A stretch of DNA of 47,277 nucleotides, from the NCBI RefSeq assembly GCF_006345805.1, contig NW_021834561.1, positions 1 through 47,277 of the forward strand, read 5' to 3'. The notes under the pieces are model-generated. The model made no database searches and was not told where the DNA came from. It saw only the letters and a list, made by a program, of their open reading frames with translations. This document shows positions 11,495 to 23,460 of this stretch, in pieces. A program made the translations under genes and the position numbers. Origin of the DNA: Octopus sinensis. Lineage: Eukaryota. The number at the start of each line of letters is the position of its first letter. The first letter of the stretch is position 1.

Positions 11495-11690
11495 ACCGGA
11501 GTAAACACATAAATGTGAAACAAGGTGGAAAAAAGAGTACTCAAATACCAGAGGTAGAGTAATATGCTTTATTTAAAAGCAGCAGAAATTCAACAAAAGC
11601 TATTACTCGGAGTTTCACGTTCCCGTTCGTCATTACTTGGAGTTTCACATTCCTGTTTGTCGGACAGTTTTGTTAAAATAGAACCAATAT
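11495..11690 (-). mobile_element. Penelope-like element terminal repeat fragment
   Basis: Flanked by (TA)n tracts and contains two tandem hammerhead cores. Confidence 0.6.
11599..11667 (-). ncRNA. Tandem minimal type-I hammerhead ribozyme motifs (degenerate)
   Basis: Minus strand reads CTGT-CCGACAA-ACAggaaTGT-GAAA-CTCCAAG-TAA, then TGACGA-ACGggaaCGT-GAAA-CTCCGAG-TA-ATAG. This matches CUGANGA/helix II/GAAA/helix III/GUA with 1-2 core mismatches per copy. Confidence 0.65.
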
Positions 11691-12139
11691 GACAATTCAA
11701 TATATATACATATATATATATTCTAAAGCACTGAGTATTAAAAAAATTTGGTTACAAATGTTCAACAATCTGACACCAGTAAATGTAAGTAGAATACAGA
11801 TCCCAGGTAAAATAGGTAAATCCAAATATCCTTTGACAGAATCTCAAGAAATTCGGTGTATTTGACAGACAGCAAAAAATATGTATAAAGAAAATTACAT
11901 CTTTATTATAGATCTCACCATATAAAGCCGACAGTTGTATCTATTGCACACACATACACACATTCTTACATATACAATTATATATATGTATGACCAACCC
12001 ACTCACCGTACATATATAATTAGGTAGAAACTTTATGTATGAGTATGTGAATGCTTAAACATCGATCTGTATTATCGTTCAATATAGTGCTATGTCTAAA
12101 GTACATCTCTGACTCTGTCCATCGATGTCTCGCTCTCCA

Positions 12140-12490
12140 TCTACCTCCCTATCTACCTGCACTTATTTTCTATCATTCCATCTATTTATCTAACTGTCTA
12201 TCTATCTATCTCTTTATCTGTGTATCTTTCTCTTTCTATCTATCTCTTTATCTATCTATCTTTCTATCTATCTCTTTATCTATCTATCTGTCTGTCTGTC
12301 TGTATATCTGTCTATTTAACTTTCTGTCTATCTAGCTTTCTATTTATCTATCTGTCTATCCATGTACTTCTATCTATCTATCTAGCTATCTGTCTATCCA
12401 TGTTTGTCTGTCTGTTTGTCTGCCTGTCTGTCTATATATCCATCAATCCATTTACGTCTATCTATATATCTATCTATATATCCATTTACA

Positions 12491-12549
<59 letters not shown>

Positions 12550-12564
12550 CTATCCATGTGTCTG

Positions 12565-12625
<61 letters not shown>

Positions 12626-13200
12626 ATACGTCTATCTGTCTATCTATCTATCTTTATTGATTTATTCATTCATTTATGTATGTATGTATTTGTGTATCTA
12701 TATCTTTCTATCTATCTTTCTGTCTGTCTGTCTGTCTGTCCGAGCCTGTTTGTTTATCTGTCTGTTTGTGTTATCATGTATCTACATTTGTATATATATC
12801 TATGCCTGTCAGTCTGTTTACCTATCTGCCTATCTATTTATCTATCTATTTATTAGTCTCGTGTCTATTTGCCTATCTGTCAATCTATTTATCTGTTTTC
12901 AGTCTGCCTGTCTGTGTATCTATTTAGCTGTCTATCCATCTCTCTGTCCATTTTGACTGTCTATCTATTTATCTCTCTGTCTATTTATTTATCTATCTAT
13001 CTGTCTGTCTATTTATCTACCTCTTGTTTATTTGTTCTGTGTATCTGCTCTTTTGCTTGTGTGTGTTTGTGTGTTTTTATGTATCTTTTTATCTATATAT
13101 TTATCCCTCTGTCTGTCTGTCTCTTTCTTTCTCTATACCTGTGTCTCTCTGTCTTTCTATATATCTATCTCTCTATTCACCTACCTGTCTATTTATAGAC
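12140..13200. repeat. Long degenerate (TCTA)/(TCTG) tetranucleotide tract
   Basis: Seen directly; source of the YLSI-type ORFs. Confidence 0.95.
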
Positions 13201-13583
13201 GTTAGTTTAACAACTATTTTCAGAAAGTTCTGGGAAGTATTAACTTTGCTGATGATAACAAAGGGATTTTTCTGTCAGTGTGAAGGGGTTATCTTATGGA
13301 ACCTATGCTGTATTACTCATGAGACCCAGTCCTTAATTGTGGATGATTTGTGAAAGCTAGAAAGGCATGAAGTAAACATGATTCGCTGGAAGTTTGATTA
13401 CGGTTTATAAATGATGGAATACAAAGGAGAGAAGAGAACAACTGAATATCATCATCATCGTCATTTATTGTTGTTTGATGGGAGCTGGCAAGTCAGAAGA
13501 CTGCTCGAAGCTCTACTGTCAGTTTTGGCATGGTTTCTACAGCTTCCTAATGCCAACTATTTTACAGAGTGTACCGGGTGCTT

Positions 13584-13822
13584 TTAACCCTTTGGTATTC
13601 AGATCTCTTCGTCAAATATATTGACTAATAATTCACATTGTTTTGAATTAATCATGCGTCATTTTGTAGCTTCAAGATTTCAAAGTGTGTTTATATATTT
13701 TTAGAATGGCATTGTAAGGTTGGTGTAAGAAGTTGGATCAGGTCAATTGTAACAAAAAAACCCCCAAAAAACAGGGAGACTATTTGGGCTGGATACGGCC
13801 GAATTAAATGCTAAAGGGTTAA
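13584..13822. mobile_element. piggyBac-type MITE (family 1) inserted in a family C copy
   Basis: TTAA|CCCTTTGGTATT...AATGCTAAAGGG|TTAA; family C sequence lies on both sides (about 13448-13980). Confidence 0.8.
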
Positions 13823-13994
13823 TGTGATACCAGCACTGATAAGGTCATAAAATAACTTGCAAGACAAGACCCCTCAACTGAAGTGGGGTGGGGGAGTAGT
13901 ATTGAAGGGAGGTGAGAGGTCAGAATATGAATTATGGGACAAAAATATGTCTTGCAGTAAAGGAGACACATGGCTACCCCAGTTTGAAAGATTG

Positions 13995-14041
<47 letters not shown>

Positions 14042-14059
14042 TATGTGTATATAAATGTA

Positions 14060-14680
14060 TCATCATTATCATCATTATTGAATGTCCATTTTCCATGCTG
14101 GCATGGGTTGGACTGTTTGAGGGGTGCTGGCAAGTTAGAAGACTGTGTTAAGTTCCCCTTGTCTACTTTGGCATGGTTTCTACAGTCAGATGCCCTTTCT
14201 TATGCCAACCACTTCCCAGAACGTTGGGGGTACTTTTTTCACTAGGCACCATCATCAGCAAAGGTTGCTAAGTAACTTGCAAGACAAGATATCTCGACTG
14301 AGTGGGGTGAATAGTATCGAGAGAGGTAACTTTGAGCCAGGTAGGGAAAGTTAGAGTATGAATAAAGGGACTGAAATAAGTGTCTTTGCAGTAAAGGAGA
14401 TACATGGTTACTCCAGTTGGAAAAATTATATTAAATATATGTATATAATTGGATCATCATAATTATCATCGTTTAACACCTGTCTATGGGTTGGATGGTT
14501 TGACAGGAGCTGAGAAGTCGGAAGATTAAACCAAGCTCTAGTGTCTGCTTTGGTGTGGTTTCTACAGCTGGATGCCCTTTCTAAGACTGGCCACTCTACA
14601 GAGTGTACTGGGTGTTTTTTCTGTGGCTCCCAACAGCAGTAAGGTTACCAAGATCCCTCAACTGAGGAGTGGAAGTGGTT
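14060..14680 (-). mobile_element. Two degraded family C-related 3' ends
   Basis: CATCAT tails followed by CCATGCTGGCATGGGTTGGA and TTCTACAG..GATGCCCTT motifs. Confidence 0.7.
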
Positions 14681-15186
14681 TATAATTAGTCATAAATTGT
14701 CATATCAATCAATATAATCAAGCTAAATTGCACTTCTTTGAAGGTTATTTATAATATATTTATTAATTTATATAATTTCATTTTTAGCTTTGCAATGAAA
14801 ATATTTGTTTATTTGTTTTGTTTTCTGTCAAATTGGATTTGATTATCTAGTAATCAATGAACTTTTGTTTTGCAAATAAAATAAATAAAAAACAATGTAA
14901 ATTAATAATATAAAGTGATTGAAGGCATAGAATGAAATGAAACTGGTATGATATTTGGATATTATATTTGTAGAAGAGAGAAGGGAAAAAGAGGGCGTGT
15001 GTGTGTTTGTATTTATTATTCTTTAATGGAGAATGGTATTGATAGTGACTTTGAAGTTTTGGCTACCTATGTCAGTGCTGTTCTTATTGAAGAATAAATA
15101 ATTTGTACTCTACCAAAAGTATTGAGAAATCCTTCAGTTTAATATGAAATTTTCACAATTACAAAAGAAATCTTCTTAATATATAT

Positions 15187-15389
15187 AGGAGTGGCTGTGT
15201 GGTTTGTAGCTTGCTTCCCAACCATACGGTTCCGGGTTCAGTCCCACTGCGTGGAACTTTGGGCAAGTGTCTTCTACTATAGCCTCGGGCCGACAAAAGC
15301 CTTGTGAGTGGATTTTGTAGAGGGAAACTGAAAGAAGCCTGTTGCATATATATATGTATATATATATATATATATATGATGTATGTATG

Positions 15390-15436
<47 letters not shown>

Positions 15437-15628
15437 TTGTGTGTCTGTGTTTCATCTCCCCACCATTGCTTGACAACCGATGCTGGTGTGTTTATGTCCC
15501 CGTAACTTAGTGGTTTGGCAAAAGAAACCAATAGAATAAGTACTAGGTTTACAAAGTCCTGGGGTCAATTTGTTCGACTAAAGGTGGTACTCCAGCATGG
15601 CCACAGTGAAATGACTGAAACAAAAGAG
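15187..15628 (+). mobile_element. tRNA-derived SINE family B, near full length
   Basis: A-box TGGCTGTGTGG, B-box GGTTCAGTCCC, TTGGGCAAGTGTCTT, internal TA/TG microsatellite and 3' CCAGCATGGCC...ACTGAAACAAAAGAG. Confidence 0.9.
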
Positions 15629-15651
15629 TATATATATATATATATATATAT

Positions 15652-16727
15652 CTTTGTGGTACCAGTGCTGGTGGCACACAAGAGAACCATCCGAACGTGG
15701 CCGTAGCCAGTTCCGCATCGACCGGCCTCCGTGCTGTGGGCACGTAACAAACACCATCCGATCATGGCCGTTCGCCAGCCTCATCTGGCACCTGTGTCGG
15801 TGGCACATAAAAACACATTCCGAAGACCCGGCAAGACTAGTCAGTCCACCTGTGCATACCTTCCTTCTTGTGACACTTGTGAAGACCGGTTGAGGCAAGT
15901 GAAAATCAAATCAAATCAAATCAAAATAGACAAAATAGATGAACATCAATGGAATTTGTATCTTGTGGTACCAGTGCCTGTGGCACACAAGAAATCCATC
16001 AGTGCTGTAGTCAGTGCGGTGGGCACATGACAAACACACCATCCGATCGTGGCCGTTCGCCAGCCTCATCTAGCACCTGTGTCGGTGGCACATAAAAAAC
16101 CATCCGAAGACCCGGCAAGACTAGTCAGGCCATAACCCATGGCCCCTACCTGGGACGTAGTCAGTCCACCTGTGCATACCTTCCTTCTTGTGACACTTGT
16201 GAAGACCTGTTGAGGCAAGTGAAAATCAAAACAAATCAAAATAGATGAACATCAATGGAATTTGTATCTTTGTGGTACCAGTGCCGGTGGCACGTGGCAC
16301 ACAAGAAAACCATCCGAACGTGGCCGTAGCCAGTACCGCATCGACTGGCCTCCGTGCTGTGGGCACGTAACAAGCACCATCCGATCGTGGCCGTTTGCTA
16401 GCCTCATCTGGCACCTGTGTCGGTGGCACATAAAAACACCATCCGAGCGTGGCCGTCTGCCAGCCTCGTCTGGCACCTGTGTCGGTGGCACATAAAAACA
16501 CCATCCGAGCGTGGCCGTTTGCCAGCCTCGTCTGGCACCTGTGTCGGTGGCACATAAAATCACCCACTACACTCTCGGAGTGGTTGGCGTTAGGAAGGGC
16601 ATCCAGCTGTAGAAACACTGCCAGATCTGACTGGACTGATGCAGCTTTCGGGCTCCCCAGACCCCAGTTGAACCGTCAACCATGCTAGCATGGAAGCGGA
16701 CGTTAAATGATGATGATGATGATGATG
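15652..16727 (+). mobile_element. RTE-type 3' UTR (family C) with multi-block hairpin-unit array
   Basis: Three successive blocks with ~62-bp units (GTCGGTGGCACATAAAAACACCATCCG), ending GGAAGGGCATCCAGCTG...GTTAAATGATGATGAT. Confidence 0.85.
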
Positions 16728-16879
16728 ATATATATATATATAAGATAATAAAAATAATAATATTAGGGAATATGATTCCAAATATATATACAATGTCATA
16801 TATATATATATATAATATATATATACATGCAGAAACATACACATATCACAGTTTTGACCAGGCTATCAAATGCTGTTAT

Positions 16880-17655
16880 ACATTGCTGGTCACAATGCTC
16901 TTCCTATTTTTGATTGCATGTCTTTTCCATCTTGTACCAAATGATTTAACTAAACTGTCTTCTCGTCATCATGGAAACCTTCCAAGTTGTCTTTTCTGAT
17001 GTTTTGGATACCGCTTGGCAACTGCACATGTCCACCTGTTGTCATGAACTTTGTGACATGAACTTGTGCTTTCAGTATTCTGCAATCACTTTGTTCCCCT
17101 TGCTTCTCAGATCATCTCAGTTTGGATATGTTCTCACAGTTATATTCTTAGCATAGATCTTTCTGTGACCCTTTGTGACATAGCCAACTGACGCTCTTTC
17201 CTCTTCATAGCAGTTCATGTCTCACTTGCATATAAGAGCACATGTAGGTCTGGCACGTATGGTCATCTCCAGCTTTGCTTTGAGAACATACTGCCCTTAT
17301 TCCCCTTATTATTCCAGTATCCCTGTCTTAGCACAATTTACTGTGTATCCCAAGTAGATATTTCTTTACCCTTTTGATTTCATTGCTTACCATCTATTTT
17401 TGGTCCTGAGCCATGTTTTTGGACTGCATATATTTGGTTTATATGTGGTTCATTTTAAGGCCTACTGCTGAGCTATAGCTGTCCAGTTCTGTTCTCATGG
17501 TCAGCAGCTGAACTGTGGCTTCAGTAATAATTACAATGTCATCTGCAAGTCAGAGGTATGTTAGTTGTTCCCATTGATGTTCACATCTCCTGTTCAGTCA
17601 ATGTTTCTGATGACTGTCTCCAGATATGCAATGAAGAACTTTGGAGAATTGGTTT
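16880..17655 (-). mobile_element. Degraded RTE-clade LINE reverse transcriptase fragment
   Basis: Minus-strand pieces YL*LADDIVII (ADD at 17538-17546), VGLKMNHI*TKYM, YLG, QRVTERSML and DNRWT...KRQLGR match the RTE RT and C-terminus. Multiple stops. Confidence 0.8.
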
Positions 17656-17694
17656 GTTCTTGTGTGTGTGTGTGTGTGTATACATACATCTATG

Positions 17695-19034
17695 CAGGGT
17701 GTTTGGGCTAAATTTGACAGTTTGTACAAAGGAAAACAAAAAACACATCCCATCCAAAAATAAAAGTATTTTAAAGAATCAAAAAATATCAACTAGATTA
17801 TGGCTGGGAGATAACAGTTTACTCAAAGTAGCTGTTTTTAGCTTCAACCATGGTCTCAAGGCAGCTCTGGAGCCTGGATATGTGCTCCTCACTGAGTACT
17901 TGGGAATTACCTCATAGACCTTGGCCACCATTGTAGCCTTGGTGTTGCAAATAGAGCAGTTAATGTCTTTCTCAGCTGTGACAAAGAAATCCATGGGATT
18001 ACATTTTGGAGAATTAAGAGGCCAGAAATTGGGGTTAGTGAAGTCATAGAAATTCTCCAATAACTTCTTCTGACTCTTTCTGGACGTATAGCAAGGAACC
18101 AAATCCTGTTGCCACACATATGACCTTCCAGAAGCAATCTTCTCCAACCAGGGTTTGACAACAGTCTCTAGCAGCTTCACATAGCTGTGTGAATTGAATT
18201 GAAAGCCCTGTACAATAACATGGAAGTGGCATGATGTCACCCTTCACTGGAAACACCCCCAAAGACCATCACACTTTGGGGGAACCTGGTTTTCATGATG
18301 TCCATGTCACATTTTATGGCCTGTGCAATGTTCATAGGGCATTGAACAATAGTCATGATGTGAACATTTTGATAGCTGGCAAGAATTCGGAATGCTCACA
18401 GCAGCCATATTCCTACCACTCTATGTCATGCTGGTGAGACCCATATTGGAGTACGGGATTCAAGCCTCTTCTCCTTATCTCCTCAAAAACATACATCATC
18501 TTGAAAGAGTCCAGAAGCTGGTTACCCACATGGTTCTTGGTCTCAAGCATTTGTCTTATGAAGAAAGGCTGAAGACGCTTGACCTTCATTCTCTTGAAAA
18601 ACGATGACGCTGTGGTGATCTCAATCGAAGGAGAGGGGCTTTCTCCGTTTGGGTTGCGGATCCGTGGAATAAGCTGCCAGACGAGATAGTGAAGATGCCG
18701 TTGACCGTTCGGTTCAAAGTCTCTCTTGACCAGAAATGGACTGAACTCTTTGTATGACCACCCTCCCTGTACATAACTCCCTGTCCCCCTACATGGCCTT
18801 GCTTTTGCTTTTTGAGCCAATAAAAATTGAATTGAAAAAAAGAATCCTCATAATATAGGTAACACATTTCCAATATTCAAATGGCTTCCTATCCTTCATG
18901 TCATCTAACTTTTTCTCAATGTAACTTTAATCATTACCCTCTCCACCAGCATTGACTGTTCACCAAAACATTGAGCTGTTCTTGAAAAAAAGGTGACATT
19001 AAAAAATCATCAAATATAACCCAAACACCTTCTG
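17695..19034 (-). mobile_element. Tc1/mariner superfamily DD37D (maT) transposon relic
   Basis: Transposase ORF 17779-18240 reads YVWQQD-(37 aa)-D with WPLNSPKCNPMD. Imperfect TIRs: CAGGGTGTTTGGGCTAAATTTGA and TCAAATATAACCCAAACACCTTCTG. Confidence 0.85.
18387..18839 (+). mobile_element. 5'-truncated CR1-clade LINE (ORF2 C-terminus and 3' UTR) nested in maT
   Basis: LYVMLVRPILEY...LERVQK...LSYEERLKTLDLHSLEKR, then FSVWVADPWNKLP...FKVSLD. AATAAA and an A-rich tail follow; TSD AAGAAT at 18381-18386 and 18840-18845. Confidence 0.9.
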
Positions 19035-19327
19035 TGTGTGTGTTTGTCTTGTTAGAAAATTAAAGTATTTCCAGTACAACACACAACTGATATTCGAGGC
19101 TATCTTCACTCTTGAATTGGAGTCTCAAGGAAGATCAAAATTACGCTCTTGTAGAAAATCCAGGTTCCACAGTGGTAAATCCAATGTGTGGATCTAGTAA
19201 AAAGTAAAATATAATTCAATCAGGAAGACAAAGAGTTTAATACATATTTAAGGACCAATTACAATTGTTTCTGTACCACCCTGTTTTTAATGCTGTTGCA
19301 TGCAAAAGTTTGAAATGAAGTTTGTGA

Positions 19328-19699
19328 TCTCTATATATATAAACGGCAAAAATGTCTGTCTGTCTGTGTGTGCATGTCCTTTATACAAATCCACAATTTT
19401 TCAGTTAGAGGGCTCACACTTTCTATGGTCATTCAAAACCGTCCAAGGGTGGTTGTGCATATCTTTACATTTCCCCAGTCACCCCGCAAAGCCATTAAAA
19501 AATCAATAGAAGTGACTTTTTTTGAGAATTTTCTATCCAAAACCCAATCAAAATGCCCGAAATTTGATATGCCAATTGAATGCCAGCTAGCTGTATGTGA
19601 TTGGTCGGAGATTTGGACAGTACTTGCGTGTATGTGCACACACACAGAGCCGTATATGCACTAGCACTATGACCTGGCAACGCCAGGTCATAGTGCTAG
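19328..19699 (+). mobile_element. Non-autonomous Helitron
   Basis: A|TCTCTATATATATAAA 5' end, (GTCT)n, 3' hairpin and CTAG|T, with no TSD. Confidence 0.8.
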
Positions 19700-19933
19700 T
19701 TTTATATATATTAGAGTGACACTTCAATGTGATTGCATCAGAAGGTGCATGTTGACATTATCGAATTGCCAAGAACTGTTTCATGCTTATATATGATGAA
19801 GTGCCCCTGTAATGTATAAGACCACAGATATTATGCAGCTTTTCACATGGGACTTTTCCATTCAGTGATGTTAAAACCAAAGTAAGTGGTCATTAAAAAT
19901 TCTGTTTCTTTTTCTATTTGGGCTATATATATA

Positions 19934-20284
19934 TCTATTATATAAAATCTGTTCTGTCTGTCAGTGTGTGTCTTGTAAGATCTCGGGCATCCTCCATCCG
20001 ATTGTGTTCAAATTTGATATGTAGATATCGACAGTATCAGGGCGAGTATAAGTCTTGAAAAAATTACCAAAATTGACTCCTGGTGAGAATGCGATCGATA
20101 AAGCTGTACGAATGTGCATTTGCCTATCTTTATTTCTTCTTTTGCTGGTGTCCCAAATTTAGGTTAAATCAGTGTTTCTCAAAGGGGAGGCCTATGGAAC
20201 GGTCGGACAAGTTGTTTTGAGAAAATTTGGTTTAAATATTTGACAACTCAGCACCGTCCATTGGACGGGGGGGCGTTTTGCTTG
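19934..20284 (+). mobile_element. Non-autonomous Helitron (second family)
   Basis: A|TCTATTATATAAAA 5' end, 3' hairpin CCGTCC-ATT-GGACGG (20254-20268), then CTTG. Confidence 0.65.
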
Positions 20285-20469
20285 TATATATATATATATT
20301 ACGCAGATATTGCATCATTTTGTCAGATGATTGTCAGCTCACATTCATTCAGCCCGATTGTTCTGATTTACTTTCATCCGTGCATATCAAGACACCATGC
20401 TATATGTGTACATATAAGTGTGTGTGTGTGTCTTTGTATGCATGTATATTTGTAGAATGTGTGTGTGTG

Positions 20470-20500
<31 letters not shown>

Positions 20501-21122
20501 GTCTGTCTCCTATCTCTGTCTATATCATTCTTTCTCTCTGTCCCTCTCTCTCTGTATTTTTGTCACATTCTTAGTTTTAAAATAAATCCAATTGTGGTTT
20601 ATAATTCTAATGAATAATCGCATATTGTACGTGTGCACGTGTGTGTGTGTGTGTTTGTGTGCTGGGGTGGGCGGGTGGTAAGGGAAAGATCATATTAACT
20701 CAACAAGATCAAACACCTGCTTGTGACAGATAATAAGACAGTCAACTCCTGTGTGTGTGTGTGTGTCCTGATACTTAGCCTCTGTAGGTAACTGAAGCTC
20801 TGCCCCCAAGCCACCCACTGTGTTTTATTACACATCTGCTTTATTACAACAAAAACTGCTTTATTACATGCACCAATACGTGCAACCACCACCACTACCG
20901 ATCATCATCACTACCACTACAACTACACCAACTACTGTTACATTGCCCACCACCACTACCACCACGACCACCACTATTACTACTACACCATCTAAATGCC
21001 ATATTACTGCCATATATATGTATGTATGTGTGTGTGTGTGAGTATATATATATATATATGTGTGTATGTGTATATATATGTATGTATGTGTGTATGTATG
21101 TGTGTGTATATATGTATATGTA

Positions 21123-21171
<49 letters not shown>

Positions 21172-21369
21172 CTCTGTGTTTGTCCCCACACCATCACTTG
21201 ACCACCAATGTTGGTGTAGTTACATCCCCATAAATTAGCAGCTCAGCAAAAAATGACCGATACAATAAGTACTAGGCTTACAAAGAATAAGTCCTGGGGT
21301 CGATTTGTTCAAATAAAGGCAATGCTCCAGCATGGCCGCAATCAAATGAGTGAAACAAATAAAAAGAAT

Positions 21370-22592
21370 ACCAACTGGATTATGGCTGGGAAATAACAGC
21401 TTATTCAAAGAAGTCACACTTATATCCCATAAATAGCCTCAAGACAGCTCTGAAACCTGGAGCATGTGTTCCTCACTCAGTACCTGGGGAGATCTTCAAA
21501 CACCTCCCTGATCTTGGTCACCAGCTCAGCCTTGGTGTTGCAGACAGTGGTTGTTGACTTTCTCAACCCTTCCCCACACACATTCATCCATGGGATTATA
21601 ATTGAGAGAACTTGAAGGCCAGAAATTAGGGCTGGAATAGTTGTAGAAGTTCTCCGACAACTCTTTCCAGAAGTATGGCAAGGAGCCGAATCCTACTGCC
21701 ATGCATATGGTTTTCAGTAGCAAACCTCTCCAGCCAGGATTTGGCCACAGTCTCTAGCAGCTTCACATCACGAGGCTCTACAAACAACTGCGGGATCCTC
21801 GTATCCGAGATAGAAAGTCACAGCCTTTGACTGGCTCTTATTCTAGAGGGCGGGTCCAGTCGTGCCACGCCCCCAGCCCTGCGATGTACTTGCAGGGGAC
21901 TGAGAGCTTGATGCATGTGTTACAGCGGAGGAACCGACGGAGGGAACCGACAGGGTGGCCGACCAGAACCGCGAGATGTTAGCTGCAGTAAACTATCAGA
22001 AATCGATACCGAGAAATACTGACACAAAGATCGAACCCTGTCTGATGGTACTGACATTAAACTCTGGTAGTGGCACCAGAGACTGGGGTCACGCCGCGTG
22101 ATCCCTGCCCAAGGATCAATTGCTCAACATGTTAAATGTGCAGAGCATCGCTGTTCTACTAAGTAATCTCATAAATCCTTTGTCTGTAATTCGCAATGTT
22201 GCCAATGCTTTTTCTGAATTGAGCAGAGACCTAGTTCGAAGATGTGGAATGGCATGATATTCCTCCCACTGGAGACACAACCAAAGACCATTACAGTTTG
22301 GAGAAACCTGGTTTTCATGATGACCAAGTCATGTCTAAGCCTTTATAATGTTCATAGAGCATTGAGCAACAGTCATGATGTTAGCATTTTGATTCCTGGC
22401 ATGAATCATCATGATAGAGTAAAAATCTTTTCCAATATTCAGATCGCTTCCAGTCCTGAAAGTCAGCTAATTTTTCCTCAGCTAAACTGTAATTTTTAGG
22501 CCCTCCAATGCTGTGGACTGTTCAGCAAGCCATCAAGCTATTCCTGAATAATGGAGACCTAAAAAAATCATCAAATTTAATCCCTAACCCTG
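21370..22592 (-). mobile_element. Second DD37D maT relic
   Basis: Aligns by eye to 17790-19030; SPNFWPSSSLNYNPMD motif; TIR TCATCAAATTTAATCCCTAACCCTG|TA at the right end. Confidence 0.8.
21769..22212. mobile_element. GC/CpG-rich insertion in the maT relic, possibly an LTR remnant
   Basis: Absent from the homologous maT copy at 18180; contains GGGCGG and CACGCCCC boxes and has no ORF. Confidence 0.45.
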
Positions 22593-22647
22593 TATATATA
22601 TACACAGACACACTCACACCCATAGTACGCACAAAGATAAATAAATA

Positions 22648-22693
<46 letters not shown>

Positions 22694-22769
22694 AATAAAT
22701 AAACATATGCATATATATATATATATACATATATGTATGTACCTACCTCTACATGTATATATGCACGCA

Positions 22770-22960
22770 TATATGAGTACAGGACACCAAAAAAACGTCG
22801 AACACAATGAGAAACGAAAACATAGACACAAACCCAAGGAACTGGACATTTTTCTTAAACAACAAAAAAAAATAGAGTACAGGACAAATAACACAAGGAA
22901 AAAACCCCTTCTTCAGTCGCTATGGTTTCATCTACTCTACGTTTCGAAGGTGAAGGCATA
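22770..22960 (-). mobile_element. Probable Penelope-like terminal fragment
   Basis: Minus strand CGAAACGTA (22938-22946) is a hammerhead 3' half; T-rich tail; flanked by TA repeats. Confidence 0.45.
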
Positions 22961-23460
22961 TAGATATAGATAGATAGATATATGTATATATAGCTATATA
23001 TATGTATATGTATATATATATATGTATATATAGATATATATAGATATATATATGTATATATAGATATATATAGATATATATATGTATATATAGATATATA
23101 TAGATAGATATATGTATATATAGATATATATAGATAGATATATGTATATATAGATATATATAGATAGATATATGTATATATAGATATATATAGATAGATA
23201 TATGTATATATAGATATATATAGATAGATATATGTATATATAGATATGTTTAGATAGATATAGTATATATAGATATATATGGATAGATATATGTATATAT
23301 AGATAATATATATATAGATAGATATATGTATATATAGATATAAATATAGATAGATATATGTATATATAGATATATATATATATAGATAGATATATTATAT
23401 ATAGATATATATATGTATATATATATGTATGTGTGTATATATATATATTATATGTATATA
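22960..23460. repeat. TA/TAGA microsatellite with 30-bp higher-order period
   Basis: TAGATAGATATATGTATATATAGATATATA repeated about 8 times at 23011-23250. Confidence 0.9.

Noticed and set aside
12051-13353. Overlapping YLSI/CLSV ORFs (also 5758-6324, 22994-23683, 34079-34712)
   Set aside because: Tetra- and dinucleotide microsatellite translations.
22036-22090. Hammerhead-like arrangement CTGATGG...TAAA-CTCTGGT..ACCAGAG-AC
   Set aside because: At least three core deviations and no helix II.
22900-22952. Possible type-II hammerhead (CGAAACGTA ... CTGAAGA on the minus strand)
   Set aside because: Helix I cannot form and helix II is out of register; kept only as a PLE-end remnant.
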